Part shown: positions 18,140-27,098 of the stretch, one piece after another | How the letters are laid out: every line of letters begins with the position of its first letter | Position numbering within the stretch: position 1 is the first letter of the stretch | Source of the DNA: a bacterium | Lineage (GTDB): Bacteria > Zhuqueibacterota > Zhuqueibacteria > Zhuqueibacterales > Zhuqueibacteraceae | DNA: 56,557 nt | Direction: 5' to 3' | NCBI GenBank assembly: GCA_044869275.1 | Contig: JBIOXB010000096.1 | Location: forward strand, 1 to 56,557 | Notes under the pieces: generated by a model | What the model was told of the DNA's origin: nothing | What the model saw: the letters and a program-made list of their open reading frames with translations, nothing else | Databases searched by the model: none | Translations under genes and position numbers: made by a program

Positions 18140-18212
18140 AGTCATTATTTCTTTTCACCCGTACTCAATCTTCGTACTTCTCTTTCTGGCAGTTCCTTAA
18201 AGTTCTGTATTG

Positions 18213-18256
18213 ATTGCAAATTTTAAATTGAAAATTATCAATTTAAAATTTGCAAT
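18213..18256. repeat. AT-rich perfect inverted repeat built of ATTnnnn heptamers
   Basis: attgcaaattttaaattga-aaatta-tcaatttaaaatttgcaat (19-bp arms), with ATT every 7 nt. Confidence 0.8.
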
Positions 18257-18282
18257 GTTTTTTGTTGTGACTCAAGGCCGCG

Positions 18283-19173
18283 CTAGATAGCAGCCGATAC
18301 GCTCCCGGCATAGTCCCTGACCGAAGCGAGCTTTAGGGGAAACGTCTTGAGCATTTCTTGCATGTCAATGGCATCACCCTGCGCATAGCACAACATCAGG
18401 CCGGAAAAGGACTGCTGCATGGGATCCGTTGCGGCCTTTTGTTGTGCCCGTAGGGCCTCCTCTGGGACATGTTGCACTGCGAAGGGCTTTCCACCCACTT
18501 TTTCAAAGATCCGTACGGCCTGCAGAGGACTGAGAGCTTCGGGGCCGCCCAACTCGAGTACAGCATTCTTCGCCGCCGGGTTATCCAGGCTTTCCACCGC
18601 AAATTGTGCGACGTCCTTAAAAGAGATCCAACTGATTGGGTTCTCGCCCGTCCCATAAATCTGGGCCTTGGCATTAGATACATCAAAGCCTACGGCTGGG
18701 GTGAGCCAGACCTCCATGAAATAGCTTGGGTGCAGGATGGTGTAAGCGAGTCCGCTACCTTTCAGGCGCTGCTCCACCGCGCGCTTGGCATTCCTAAGCG
18801 GAAAGTCAAGGTCCATGTGACCCGATAACGAAGTGTAGATAAAGCGGGATACGCCGGCAGCCTGTGCCGAGCTGATGAGATTCGTCAAGCCCTCAAGATC
18901 AACTGTCTGAATATTATTCTCCTCCGGCTGGTAGGAAAACGGCATCGAAGACGCGGTTGAGATCACCGCTGTGATTCCCTGACATGCAGCTTTTAGGGAG
19001 GCACGGTCGCGCAGATCACCCTGCACCAGTTCAACACCGAAACTTTTCAACTTGCCCACCTTGGTTCCATCCGACGTGGATCTGACCATTGCCCTGACCG
19101 GTTTACCTTTGGCGGTAAGTTGTCGGCATGTTTCCGTGCCCAAAAAGCCGGTTGCTCCAACGACTAAAATCAT
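18283..19173 (-). CDS. NmrA-like / atypical SDR NAD(P)-binding protein
   Basis: ILVVGATGFLG, GDLRD, K.AVEQ.L..SGL.YTIL.P, DVAQFAV, LELGGPE; AGGAGGT RBS, start 27 bp after the K3 stop. Confidence 0.88.
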   Translation of the reverse strand: MILVVGATGFLGTETCRQLTAKGKPVRAMVRSTSDGTKVGKLKSFGVELVQGDLRDRASLKAACQGITAVISTASSMPFSYQPEENNIQTVDLEGLTNLISSAQAAGVSRFIYTSLSGHMDLDFPLRNAKRAVEQRLKGSGLAYTILHPSYFMEVWLTPAVGFDVSNAKAQIYGTGENPISWISFKDVAQFAVESLDNPAAKNAVLELGGPEALSPLQAVRIFEKVGGKPFAVQHVPEEALRAQQKAATDPMQQSFSGLMLCYAQGDAIDMQEMLKTFPLKLASVRDYAGSVSAAI

Positions 19174-19200
19174 AATGTACCTCCTACCTGTTGTAAGTTA

Positions 19201-22200
19201 TCATAGGTAGCCCATCTTCTGGGCCAATTCTAAAGCTTGATTAAGGTTTGTACATGTTTCTTTTGCATCACCTCCTTGCCATGTATGAATTGCTTTTTCC
19301 AGAACCGCCGTTAGCGCCTCGGGCACTCGCATCATTTGCGAGGAGTCCAGCAGACCACGCGCGTAATCAATCGCTTCGGAGATTTGATCTTGAGTGATGG
19401 ACACACCGATTAACGGCCAGAGTGCTGTCCAGCGAAAGGCGGTGCTCGCATGCCCGGCTGGTAATTGTTGCCAAGTCTCAAGAGCAGCCTGCCCGTTCTT
19501 ATTCACCTCTGGTAAGTTCCCTTCACGCCATGCCGCCCAGGCCATATTCGCTTTGGCTGTGGCGAGGTATTCAATCATCTGGCCTGAGGACGCGATGGCC
19601 TCGCAGCGCGGAATATATTGCCGGACTTTTTCTAATTCACCGCGCTTTCTGTAAACGACAGTCAAATAGGTCAAGCAACGCGATTGCAGAACCACGTCAC
19701 CCGTTCGCTCCGCCAATTTCAAGGACTCTTGCAACTGTTCCTCCGCTTCATCCAAATCGTCGCGCCATAACAAACTAAAACCAAGCAAAAAATGCGACAT
19801 GCCGAGCGAGTTCAAATTTTTCGACTCGCGGCTTGCTGATAATGCGGCTCGAGAATGCGCTATGATCTCATCTGAAATCACATAGCGAGAGCGCCTATAA
19901 CCCATCAGCGTGAGGCCATTGAAAAACCTAGCGCGCTGAGCCGGATTGCCGTACTGTTCCACAGCAGGCCTGACCTTTGCTGCTAGCGCATTCATTTCAA
20001 CCAACTGCGCTTGCCAATAGTGCATCCAAATCCGCTCGGCCTGGGCCTCGATCCATTCGTGCCACCAATCCCCGGAATGTTGCTCCTGCTCTGGTCCAAG
20101 CACAGATTCGGCCAGTTTGTAAGTTTGCAAAGCTTCATCAAATCGTCGTTGCACCTCAAAGGTTTTGCCCGTCTTGCGGTAAAGACGCGATTGCCAGATC
20201 AAATCATGTTGCGGAACCTGGGTCAAAGCCTCTTGATATGAAGCTCGGGCTTCTTCATGCCGTCCGGTTGGCGCTTGTGCATCACCTAAACCTTCGAGAA
20301 TTTGTGCCGTCAATTCCTGGCGCTGTTCCGGTTTGGTTTTGGGCCAAGAAGCTTGCTTGATCAAAGCCAATGCCTGTTGGTAGTGTGCTATCGCTTCTGC
20401 ATTCGCATAAACTTGTCGCGCCTGTTTCGCGGTCTTGATCATATAATCAACGGCCTTTTCAGCAATCCCGGCGTCACGAAAATGCCGCGCCAGGTGGACG
20501 GCGATCTCATCGGCATGTTCGCCATACAAGTTCTCCAACACCGTTCCCACTTCCTCGTGGAGATAGGCCCGCTCAATTTCATCCAGACTGTTGTAAAGGT
20601 ATTTCTGGAATAAGACATGCCGGAACCGATACAACGACAAACGCCGGCCATTCATTCGTTGAATGCCCTGGGCGCTCACCAGGTTATGATGCTTCTCCAA
20701 ATCAGCGCTCAACAGCCGGATCATTTCCATCTCGTTTGTTCCATGCAGCCGGGCCACAACCTCGGCAACGAATTCTTCGCCTTCTACGCTGGCTGTGACC
20801 AACACTTTCCTCAAGTTCTCCGGCAATCGCTCAATGCGTTCGCCGACCACGGCATCGACCCGCGCCGGCAGGGTATTCCAGTTCAAAGCCGGGCCCTCGA
20901 TCCACATTCCCTCCTGATCCCGAACCAACACGCCCTGTTCCTGCATGCCATGAAGCAGTTCAACGGTGAAGAGGGCATGTCCCTCGGTTTGTTGAAAGAG
21001 CGTGTCACGAAATGAGGCGCTCACCCGATTCGGTTCCGTGTCAATAAAAGCGTTGATGAAATGGCGGCCTGCAGCCTGATCCAGTTCTATTTTAAAATCA
21101 CCGAAGAGTCCCTTGAATTCATTAATAACGGATGCCAGAGGATGTCGCTCACCGCTTCGTCCCAAAGCGACTTCAGTCGGCCTGTACGTGCCCACAATAA
21201 GAATGCGATCGCGCTCGATTCTCCGGCCCAAATGAAATAGCAGGCTGATCGAACCTGCATCGGCCCATTGCAGATCGTCCAAAACCATCAGCACAGGTTG
21301 CAGGCGTGACAATGTTTGCAGTACCGTGGTGAATTGTTTGAAAAGGTCGCTTTGCTGGAGATGGGAAGCGGGGGATGCGGAGGTCTTACCTTCCACCTGT
21401 TTTTTCAAACGGGTCAACCAGCTTGCTCGGCTGGAAGTAAAAGCAACGGCGCGTTTGAGTAGCGCCTCACCGGGCACAAATGTCCCAATCAGGTCGGAGC
21501 CGGCATCTACCAGCGCTGGCATTGAAAGCGGGAGAAAATTCCACAGGCGCGTGGCATGCTCTTTGGTGATGGCGCCTGCCGCCCACATCGCTTCAACCTC
21601 GCCCGTCAGCATACCGAGGAGGTCACGGAATGGGAGATAAGGATCGCCGATGCCGGTATGGGCATCGCTTTTTCCACCCGCCACGATCAGGTCAGCGTGC
21701 CTCTTTTGCGCGAACTGCTCGAAGGCCCGGATCAAGGTTGTCTTGCCACTTCCAGCTTCGCCGGTGATGAAAACCATCTGGCCCTTTCCGCTCAACGCCA
21801 AATCGAGAAATTTATCCAATCTCGCCAATTCATGTTCACGGCCTATGCAAAAAGGCTCGTGCTCCTCCACCATCGCTCTTTCGCCTGCGACAAAGGGCGC
21901 CGGGATATCAGGTTGTTCTGCGGAGATACCAGTTTCAAAATTTTTCGTTATCGCATGCAACGCGAGGCGCATCTCCTCCACGTGCTGATAGCGTTCAGCC
22001 CTGTCCTTTGCCAAAGCGGTACTCACCATGTGTTCCAATTCCGTTGGCGTCTCGGGACGCAGAGATAATAGCGATTCCGGTTCTTCATGCACGATCGCAT
22101 ACATGATCGCCGCTTCGTACTCGCCGCGAAACGGCAGTTGGCCGGCGAGCATTTCATACAGCACCACGCCAAACGACCAAATGTCGGAGCGATGATCAAT

Positions 22201-22749
22201 TTCTTCGCCCCGCGCCTGTTCCGGCGACATATACGCCGCAGTGCCGAGTGTCGTGCCGGTTTTGGTGAGATGCACGCCGCCGCCGATCTTCGCCAAACCG
22301 AAATCCATAATCTTGACCTGACCGGATTCCGTCACCATAATATTGCTGGACTTGATGTCGCGATGAGTGATCCCTTTCGTATGCGCGGCCTTCAACCCCT
22401 CGGCGATTTGCGTAGCAATGTTGATGACCCAGTCCACTGACAACTGACCACTGGCCACTTTCTTTTTCAGTTCTTCGCCCTCGATGAATTCCATCACAAT
22501 GAACAGATCATCATTGATTTCTTCGATGGCGTGAATCGTGGCGAGGTTGGGGTGGTTCAAAGCGGCCGCGGCTTGTGCTTCGATTTTGAACCGTTCGCGT
22601 TCTTCGGCACTGGCGGCAATATGCCGCGGCAGAAATTTGATTGCGACCTCGCGCTTGAGCCTGGTGTCCTCGGCTTTGTACACGATGCCCATGCCGCCTT
22701 CGCCGAGCTTGGCGAGAATCCCATAGTGGAGGATGGTTTGGCCGACCAT
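19201..22749 (-). CDS. Ser/Thr kinase K3: kinase + STAND (AAA_16, MalT-like) ATPase + TPR
   Basis: Intact kinase motifs; CIGREHEL, Walker A GEAGSGKT, Walker B VLDDLQWAD, TEGHALF, YRFRH, LARHF; long TPR C-terminus; no TM. Confidence 0.92.
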   Translation of the reverse strand: MVGQTILHYGILAKLGEGGMGIVYKAEDTRLKREVAIKFLPRHIAASAEERERFKIEAQAAAALNHPNLATIHAIEEINDDLFIVMEFIEGEELKKKVASGQLSVDWVINIATQIAEGLKAAHTKGITHRDIKSSNIMVTESGQVKIMDFGLAKIGGGVHLTKTGTTLGTAAYMSPEQARGEEIDHRSDIWSFGVVLYEMLAGQLPFRGEYEAAIMYAIVHEEPESLLSLRPETPTELEHMVSTALAKDRAERYQHVEEMRLALHAITKNFETGISAEQPDIPAPFVAGERAMVEEHEPFCIGREHELARLDKFLDLALSGKGQMVFITGEAGSGKTTLIRAFEQFAQKRHADLIVAGGKSDAHTGIGDPYLPFRDLLGMLTGEVEAMWAAGAITKEHATRLWNFLPLSMPALVDAGSDLIGTFVPGEALLKRAVAFTSSRASWLTRLKKQVEGKTSASPASHLQQSDLFKQFTTVLQTLSRLQPVLMVLDDLQWADAGSISLLFHLGRRIERDRILIVGTYRPTEVALGRSGERHPLASVINEFKGLFGDFKIELDQAAGRHFINAFIDTEPNRVSASFRDTLFQQTEGHALFTVELLHGMQEQGVLVRDQEGMWIEGPALNWNTLPARVDAVVGERIERLPENLRKVLVTASVEGEEFVAEVVARLHGTNEMEMIRLLSADLEKHHNLVSAQGIQRMNGRRLSLYRFRHVLFQKYLYNSLDEIERAYLHEEVGTVLENLYGEHADEIAVHLARHFRDAGIAEKAVDYMIKTAKQARQVYANAEAIAHYQQALALIKQASWPKTKPEQRQELTAQILEGLGDAQAPTGRHEEARASYQEALTQVPQHDLIWQSRLYRKTGKTFEVQRRFDEALQTYKLAESVLGPEQEQHSGDWWHEWIEAQAERIWMHYWQAQLVEMNALAAKVRPAVEQYGNPAQRARFFNGLTLMGYRRSRYVISDEIIAHSRAALSASRESKNLNSLGMSHFLLGFSLLWRDDLDEAEEQLQESLKLAERTGDVVLQSRCLTYLTVVYRKRGELEKVRQYIPRCEAIASSGQMIEYLATAKANMAWAAWREGNLPEVNKNGQAALETWQQLPAGHASTAFRWTALWPLIGVSITQDQISEAIDYARGLLDSSQMMRVPEALTAVLEKAIHTWQGGDAKETCTNLNQALELAQKMGYL

Positions 22750-22831
22750 GTCGTTATCTAAAATTTAAGGTTTTCGGCTTGCTTTTGAGCTGAAAAAAAG
22801 CTGTATAGTTGCATATGTGACACTATCAAAA

Positions 22832-22935
22832 ATCATGGTGGATGCTGATGTGGTCGAATCATCTCTGCGGAGCCAACTTGGCGCCGTATCGATTTAAGAT
22901 CATCACACCGCAAAAATTTTTGCACGCGGTGCTTT
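22832..22935 (+). pseudogene. PIN-domain toxin remnant (internal deletion)
   Basis: N-terminal IMVDADVVESSLRSQLGA (cf. PIN 'IVIDTNVLVSALRS..GAS') is joined directly to C-terminal-like KIITPQKFL; the middle of the gene is missing. Confidence 0.6.
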
Positions 22936-23175
22936 ATGGGTAAATTACAACTGCGTTTGCCTGAGACCGTTCACAAAAAAGTCAAAAAAATTGCGAAAAA
23001 AGAAAAAATCTCCATGAATCAGTTATTGGTGGGTTCTATTTCCAACGAAATTATTCGCTACGAAACCATGCATTTCTTTGCCAGACGAGCAAAGGATTTT
23101 AAAGAAGCAGATTTCCTGGCCGCGCTACAGGAAGTGCCAAAAACTAAACCTGCAAAACGCGACAGGTTGGATTGA
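22936..23175 (+). CDS. HicB-like / ribbon-helix-helix antitoxin
   Basis: MGKLQLRLPETVHKKVKKIAKKEKISMNQ...RRA...FLAALQEVP...DRL matches the small RHH antitoxins that pair with PIN toxins. Confidence 0.8.
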   Translation: MGKLQLRLPETVHKKVKKIAKKEKISMNQLLVGSISNEIIRYETMHFFARRAKDFKEADFLAALQEVPKTKPAKRDRLD

Positions 23176-23405
23176 ACCTGCCTTCTTTTTCCATCAGCTG
23201 CGGGCATTACAACCAGGGTACAAATTGTACCCCAGTAGGAATTCAGCTCCGGATCGCGCTGCCGCATTCTCTTGATGTACTGTTTGAGGTCAGCGCTATC
23301 GGTCAAAGCTGCCACTACATCCGCCACCGAAAAATACCACTTCTGCTCGGCTTCATTCCACGCGGAACGATTTTTTTTGCTTTCAAAAAGTTTGATATTG
23401 CTCAT
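23172..23405 (-). pseudogene. Bro-N domain protein fragment
   Basis: MSNIKLFESKK.R..WNE.EQKWYFSVADVVAALTDSAD...Y...M...AADGK.R; similarity ends where it runs into the antitoxin 3' end; GGGAG RBS. Confidence 0.7.
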
Positions 23406-23465
23406 CTTGCTCCCTAATGTCTTTCGCTTCTTGCATAAATCAACAAATTTTGCAGCCTTCTCAAT

Positions 23466-23757
23466 AATCCCGTAGGGATGAAATGTCTATAGCTCAAGAT
23501 CAACCACAGAGCCAAAACTCCGTAGGAGTGAAATGGTGTTGCCTTTGAAATCCAAAAATCAATCCTTCTCTTCATCAACCCATTTGAAAAGATATTTCTC
23601 GTCGTATTCCACGGTGAATTTCTTGAGCATCTCCAGATATTCATCTTTGAACGTCTTCTTTTCTTCACCTGGTGTTGCTCAAATACATGTCACTCCTACG
23701 GAGTTTTCCTAGTTTTATTTGGCGTGGGGCTATAAACATGGCACTCCTAACGGAGTT
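23466..23757. mobile_element. REP-flanked fragment of the IS200/RAYT-like transposase 3' end
   Basis: aatcccGTAGggat and aactccGTAGgagt on the left, inverted copies actcCTACggagtt and actcctaacggagtt on the right; 23567-23661 matches 26464-26558 with 1 mismatch in 95 nt. Confidence 0.75.
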
Positions 23758-23888
23758 TGATGCTGCGACACAAGCTTTAATGCGACGGTGCGCTTGAACT
23801 TGGTGTTCTCGGCTTTGTACACGACGCCCATACCGCCTTCGCCGAGTTTTTCGAGGATACGATAGCGCGAAATTGTTTTGCCGATCAA
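23730..23888 (-). pseudogene. truncated Ser/Thr kinase (first ~39 codons)
   Basis: TTG start overlapping the K4 stop (TTGA): [38 protein letters not shown], then runs into a REP palindrome. Confidence 0.85.
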
Positions 23889-26203
23889 TTTTCTAACTCC
23901 AATTTTTTTAGCAGAGCTTGAAACCGCGGTTCTGAGTGCAAGGGATCGAAGACGGGGCTTAGTATGAGAACTACAAGCCAAGGTCCATTCCGCTCGAGCA
24001 TGGTCAGTGCCTTCTCCTTTTCATGCAAGCTTACATAAATCTGGGCGATGGCCACGTTTGTGTATTCGCCTCGCTCCAATCGCTCCTTCAATTCCTCAAG
24101 CAACTTCAACGCCCTCTCCCGCTGGCCTGATAAGGCATAAGCGCTGCCAAGATATCCCAAACAATCCAACCTTCCTAAAGCCAGCGCGTCCACCTTCTGA
24201 AGCGTTGCTATAGTTTCATCATAAAGACCCTTCGTGAAATAAGCCATTCCGAGATTACACTGCACTTGGGGAAAATTAGGGTTCAGTTGGAGCGCCTTGA
24301 GGCAGTGCGCAATGGCCTCATCATACTGGCGGTCATAGACGTAAGCCCATGCAACGAAGGCATTCACACTTTCCGAAAGTGGATTGAGATCAAAGGCGCG
24401 AATCATCTCAGCCAATCCCTCCTTCGTCCTGCCCCGTTTAAATAGCCCCCATCCATATTCGCGATGTGCTTCCGCGTTGCCAGGGTTCAGTTCAATTGCT
24501 CGTTTAAATTCCTCCTCCGCGCCGGACCAGTCCCCATCAAGATCCTTTCGGATCACGGCCATCGCGCTGTGGGCTTCGGACAGGGTCTCGTCCAGTTCCA
24601 ACGCCTTCATTGCCGCCTGCCTTGCTTTGACTTCGGCCTCTTCCAGAGGCAGTAAACGCATCATTACTGCCGATGCCAGGTATGGCACAGCCACAGCGGC
24701 GTATGCCTGGGCGAAGTTCGAGTCTATCGCGATCGCCTGCTCGTACTGGTTTAACGCCTGCTGCATACTCTCTTTGGTTTGCTTATCCCAGAAACTCAGT
24801 CCCCAGAGATAATGCTTATAGGCCTCAGGGTCCACAGCTCGGGCTTCTTGTAAGCGCGCCTGCTCCTGAGGCGTCAGCTTGATTTGGATTTCGTGGGTGA
24901 TAGCGAGTGCCACCTGGCGTTGCAGCGTCAATACTTCACGCAGATCGCGCTCATAACTATCTGCCCACAAATGCTGATCGGTTTTTGCTTCGATTAACTG
25001 CGCCGTAATCTGAACCCGGTCTCCGGAGCGCACCACCGAGCCTTCGACAATCGCATCCACGTTCAACTGGCGCGCGATCTCCGGCAGCGACTTCGTCGTG
25101 TTTTTGAATTGCATGACCGAGGTACGCGAAATGACCCGCAAGGCTTTGACTTTGGCCAGTTCGGTAATCACCGCTTCCGTCATACCATCGGCAAAGTACT
25201 CTTGCTGTGGGTCACCAGAAAGGTTCGCGAGAGGCAACACGGCAATCGCATCAAAGGTTTTGCTGCGCTTGGAAAAGAAATAGAGTCCACCGGCGATGAG
25301 TAAAATGAGAAAAGCAGCAATGCCGCCGTAGAGAAAAGTACGCCGTCTTTGCAAGAGATTTGGCTTGATTTTGTTTGCGGATGAAGAAGCACGAGCTTCG
25401 GTGGGAGATTTCAAATCCGGCAGCATGTCTTCAATCTGCCGGTAGCGTGTTTCCGGATTTTTGTCCAAAGCTTTGTCAATAATGTGCTGCAAACCTATTG
25501 AAACCTCGGCCCGGTGGCGGGACAAAGGCTCCGGCGCTTCGTTCACAATGGCGTACATGATCGCCTGCTCATATTCGCCATGGAAAGGCAATTGGCCGGT
25601 AATCATCTCATACAGCACGATGCCCAGCGACCAAATATCCGTACGATGATCTACCTGCTCGCCGCGTGCCTGCTCCGGCGACATATAAGCAGCCGTACCC
25701 AATGTCATACCAGATTTAGTCAGGTGCAGACCGCTGTTGATCTTCGCCAAACCGAAATCCATGATCTTCACTTGCCCCGATTCCGTCACCATGATGTTGC
25801 TAGATTTGATGTCGCGGTGGATGATGCCTTTGGCGTGCGCGGCTTTCAGGCCTTCGGCGATTTGGATGGCGATGTCAATCACACTGCTTACTGGTAACTG
25901 ATCACTGGCCACTTTCTTTTTCAGCTCCTCGCCTTCGATGAATTCCATCACAATGAATATCTCACCATCGACTTCCTCGATGGCATAAATCGTGGCGATG
26001 TTCGGATGGTTCAAAGCAGCCGCGGCCTGCGCTTCGATTTTGAACCGCTCGCGTTCTTCGGCACTGGCGGCGATATGCCGCGGCAGAAATTTCAGCGCGA
26101 CGATGCGTTTAAGCTTGGTGTCCTCGGCTTTGTACACGATGCCCATGCCGCCTTCGCCGAGCTTTTCTAGTATCCGATAATGTGAAATTGCTTTGCCAAT
26201 CAT
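23885..26203 (-). CDS. Ser/Thr kinase K4: kinase + TM + TolB-N-like + TPR
   Basis: Intact kinase motifs; [48 protein letters not shown]; TPRs. Confidence 0.93.
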   Translation of the reverse strand: MIGKAISHYRILEKLGEGGMGIVYKAEDTKLKRIVALKFLPRHIAASAEERERFKIEAQAAAALNHPNIATIYAIEEVDGEIFIVMEFIEGEELKKKVASDQLPVSSVIDIAIQIAEGLKAAHAKGIIHRDIKSSNIMVTESGQVKIMDFGLAKINSGLHLTKSGMTLGTAAYMSPEQARGEQVDHRTDIWSLGIVLYEMITGQLPFHGEYEQAIMYAIVNEAPEPLSRHRAEVSIGLQHIIDKALDKNPETRYRQIEDMLPDLKSPTEARASSSANKIKPNLLQRRRTFLYGGIAAFLILLIAGGLYFFSKRSKTFDAIAVLPLANLSGDPQQEYFADGMTEAVITELAKVKALRVISRTSVMQFKNTTKSLPEIARQLNVDAIVEGSVVRSGDRVQITAQLIEAKTDQHLWADSYERDLREVLTLQRQVALAITHEIQIKLTPQEQARLQEARAVDPEAYKHYLWGLSFWDKQTKESMQQALNQYEQAIAIDSNFAQAYAAVAVPYLASAVMMRLLPLEEAEVKARQAAMKALELDETLSEAHSAMAVIRKDLDGDWSGAEEEFKRAIELNPGNAEAHREYGWGLFKRGRTKEGLAEMIRAFDLNPLSESVNAFVAWAYVYDRQYDEAIAHCLKALQLNPNFPQVQCNLGMAYFTKGLYDETIATLQKVDALALGRLDCLGYLGSAYALSGQRERALKLLEELKERLERGEYTNVAIAQIYVSLHEKEKALTMLERNGPWLVVLILSPVFDPLHSEPRFQALLKKLELEN

Positions 26204-26319
26204 ACACGACGCCTGCCGCTATGCGGGGCCAAGTTATTGTATTTTGCACTGAAGGAAGGCATACCGCCTTCGCCGAGCTTTTCTGAAATTTTGCAGTGAG
26301 AAATGGTTTGGCCGAGCAC
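26200..26319 (-). pseudogene. kinase 5'-end copy / leader ORF upstream of K4 (39 aa, ATGA-coupled)
   Basis: GTG start, [20 protein letters not shown] + 46-nt insert + ggcgtcgtgt; its TGA (26200-26202) overlaps the K4 ATG. Confidence 0.85.
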
Positions 26320-26361
26320 GATCTAGATCTCCGGTTTCTTCAATTTCGAGGCGAGTGCGTT

Positions 26362-26432
26362 AATCCCGTTAGGGATGAAATGTTTATAGCACGGAACCAA
26401 GCCAAGGGCAAAAACTCCGTAGGAGTGACATG
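26362..26432. repeat. GTAG-type REP palindrome pair
   Basis: aatcccgttagggatgaaatg...aaaactccgtaggagtgacatg, homologous to 23466-23535. Confidence 0.75.
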
Positions 26433-26455
26433 TTGTGGCGGCCGAAATCCAAAAA

Positions 26456-26884
26456 TTAATTCCTCTCTTCATCAACCCATTTGAAAAGATATTTCTCGTC
26501 GTATTCCACGGCGAATTTCTTGAGCATCTCCAGATATTCATCTTTGAACGTCTTCTTTGCATGGTGCTTTTCCTGATCCTGAACATATTTCGCCACCGCG
26601 TCGATTTGTGAGTGCCCGTATGAAAATGCGCCGAATCCTTCCTACCAATTGAATTTTCCCCGAATCCATTTCTTCTCGTTGATGAATGCTGATGAATTGT
26701 TTTTGATATCGCGGGTCAAATCGGACAGCGCTATGCCCGGTTTTATGTCTATGAAAATATGCGCATGAGCTAGAATGCTGTTGATACCGAGTAATTCTTG
26801 CTTTTCACTCCGAATGATTTCGGCGATATATTTGTACAGTTCTTCCTTCTGCTCTTTTGGGAAGAGACTTTGCCGCCCTTGCAT
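26456..26884 (-). pseudogene. tnpA: IS200/IS605 TnpA (Y1 HUH) or RAYT-like transposase pseudogene
   Basis: QGRQSL...ELYKYI...AHAHIF...SDL.RDIKNNSS.FINEKKW..GKFNW*EGFGAFSYGHSQ...YV..QE.HH.KKTFKDEY...YLFKWVDE. In-frame TAG at 26642-26644; N-terminus missing. Confidence 0.85.
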
Positions 26885-26992
26885 CGCGACCCCGCGCTTG
26901 AGCCTGGTGTCCTCGCTTTGTACACCACGCCTATACCGCCCCTTCGCCGAGTTTTTGAGAATGCGATAGTGCGAGAATGTTTTATCGATCAC
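26885..26992 (-). pseudogene. degenerate, frameshifted kinase 5'-end fragment fused to the tnpA remnant
   Basis: gtgatcgataaaacattctcgcactatcgcattctc..aaaactcggcgaagggcggtataggcgtggtgtacaaagcgaggacaccaggctcaagcgcggggtcgcg aligns to MIDKT.SHYRIL.KLGEGG.GVVYKAEDTRLKR.VA. Confidence 0.8.
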
Positions 26993-27098
26993 AATTAATG
27001 CCTGTGTGCCTTGCTGAGTACTTTAAAACAGCCAAAAGCGGGATAGCAGGATATTGTTTTGCAAAAATCTATAACTTCTCCTTATCAAAGATTTTATT

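Noticed and set aside
26323..26586. Duplicated small ORFs (23414-23668, 26323-26586) as a new gene family
   Set aside because: They are alternative-frame readings of the duplicated transposase 3' end and REP sequences.
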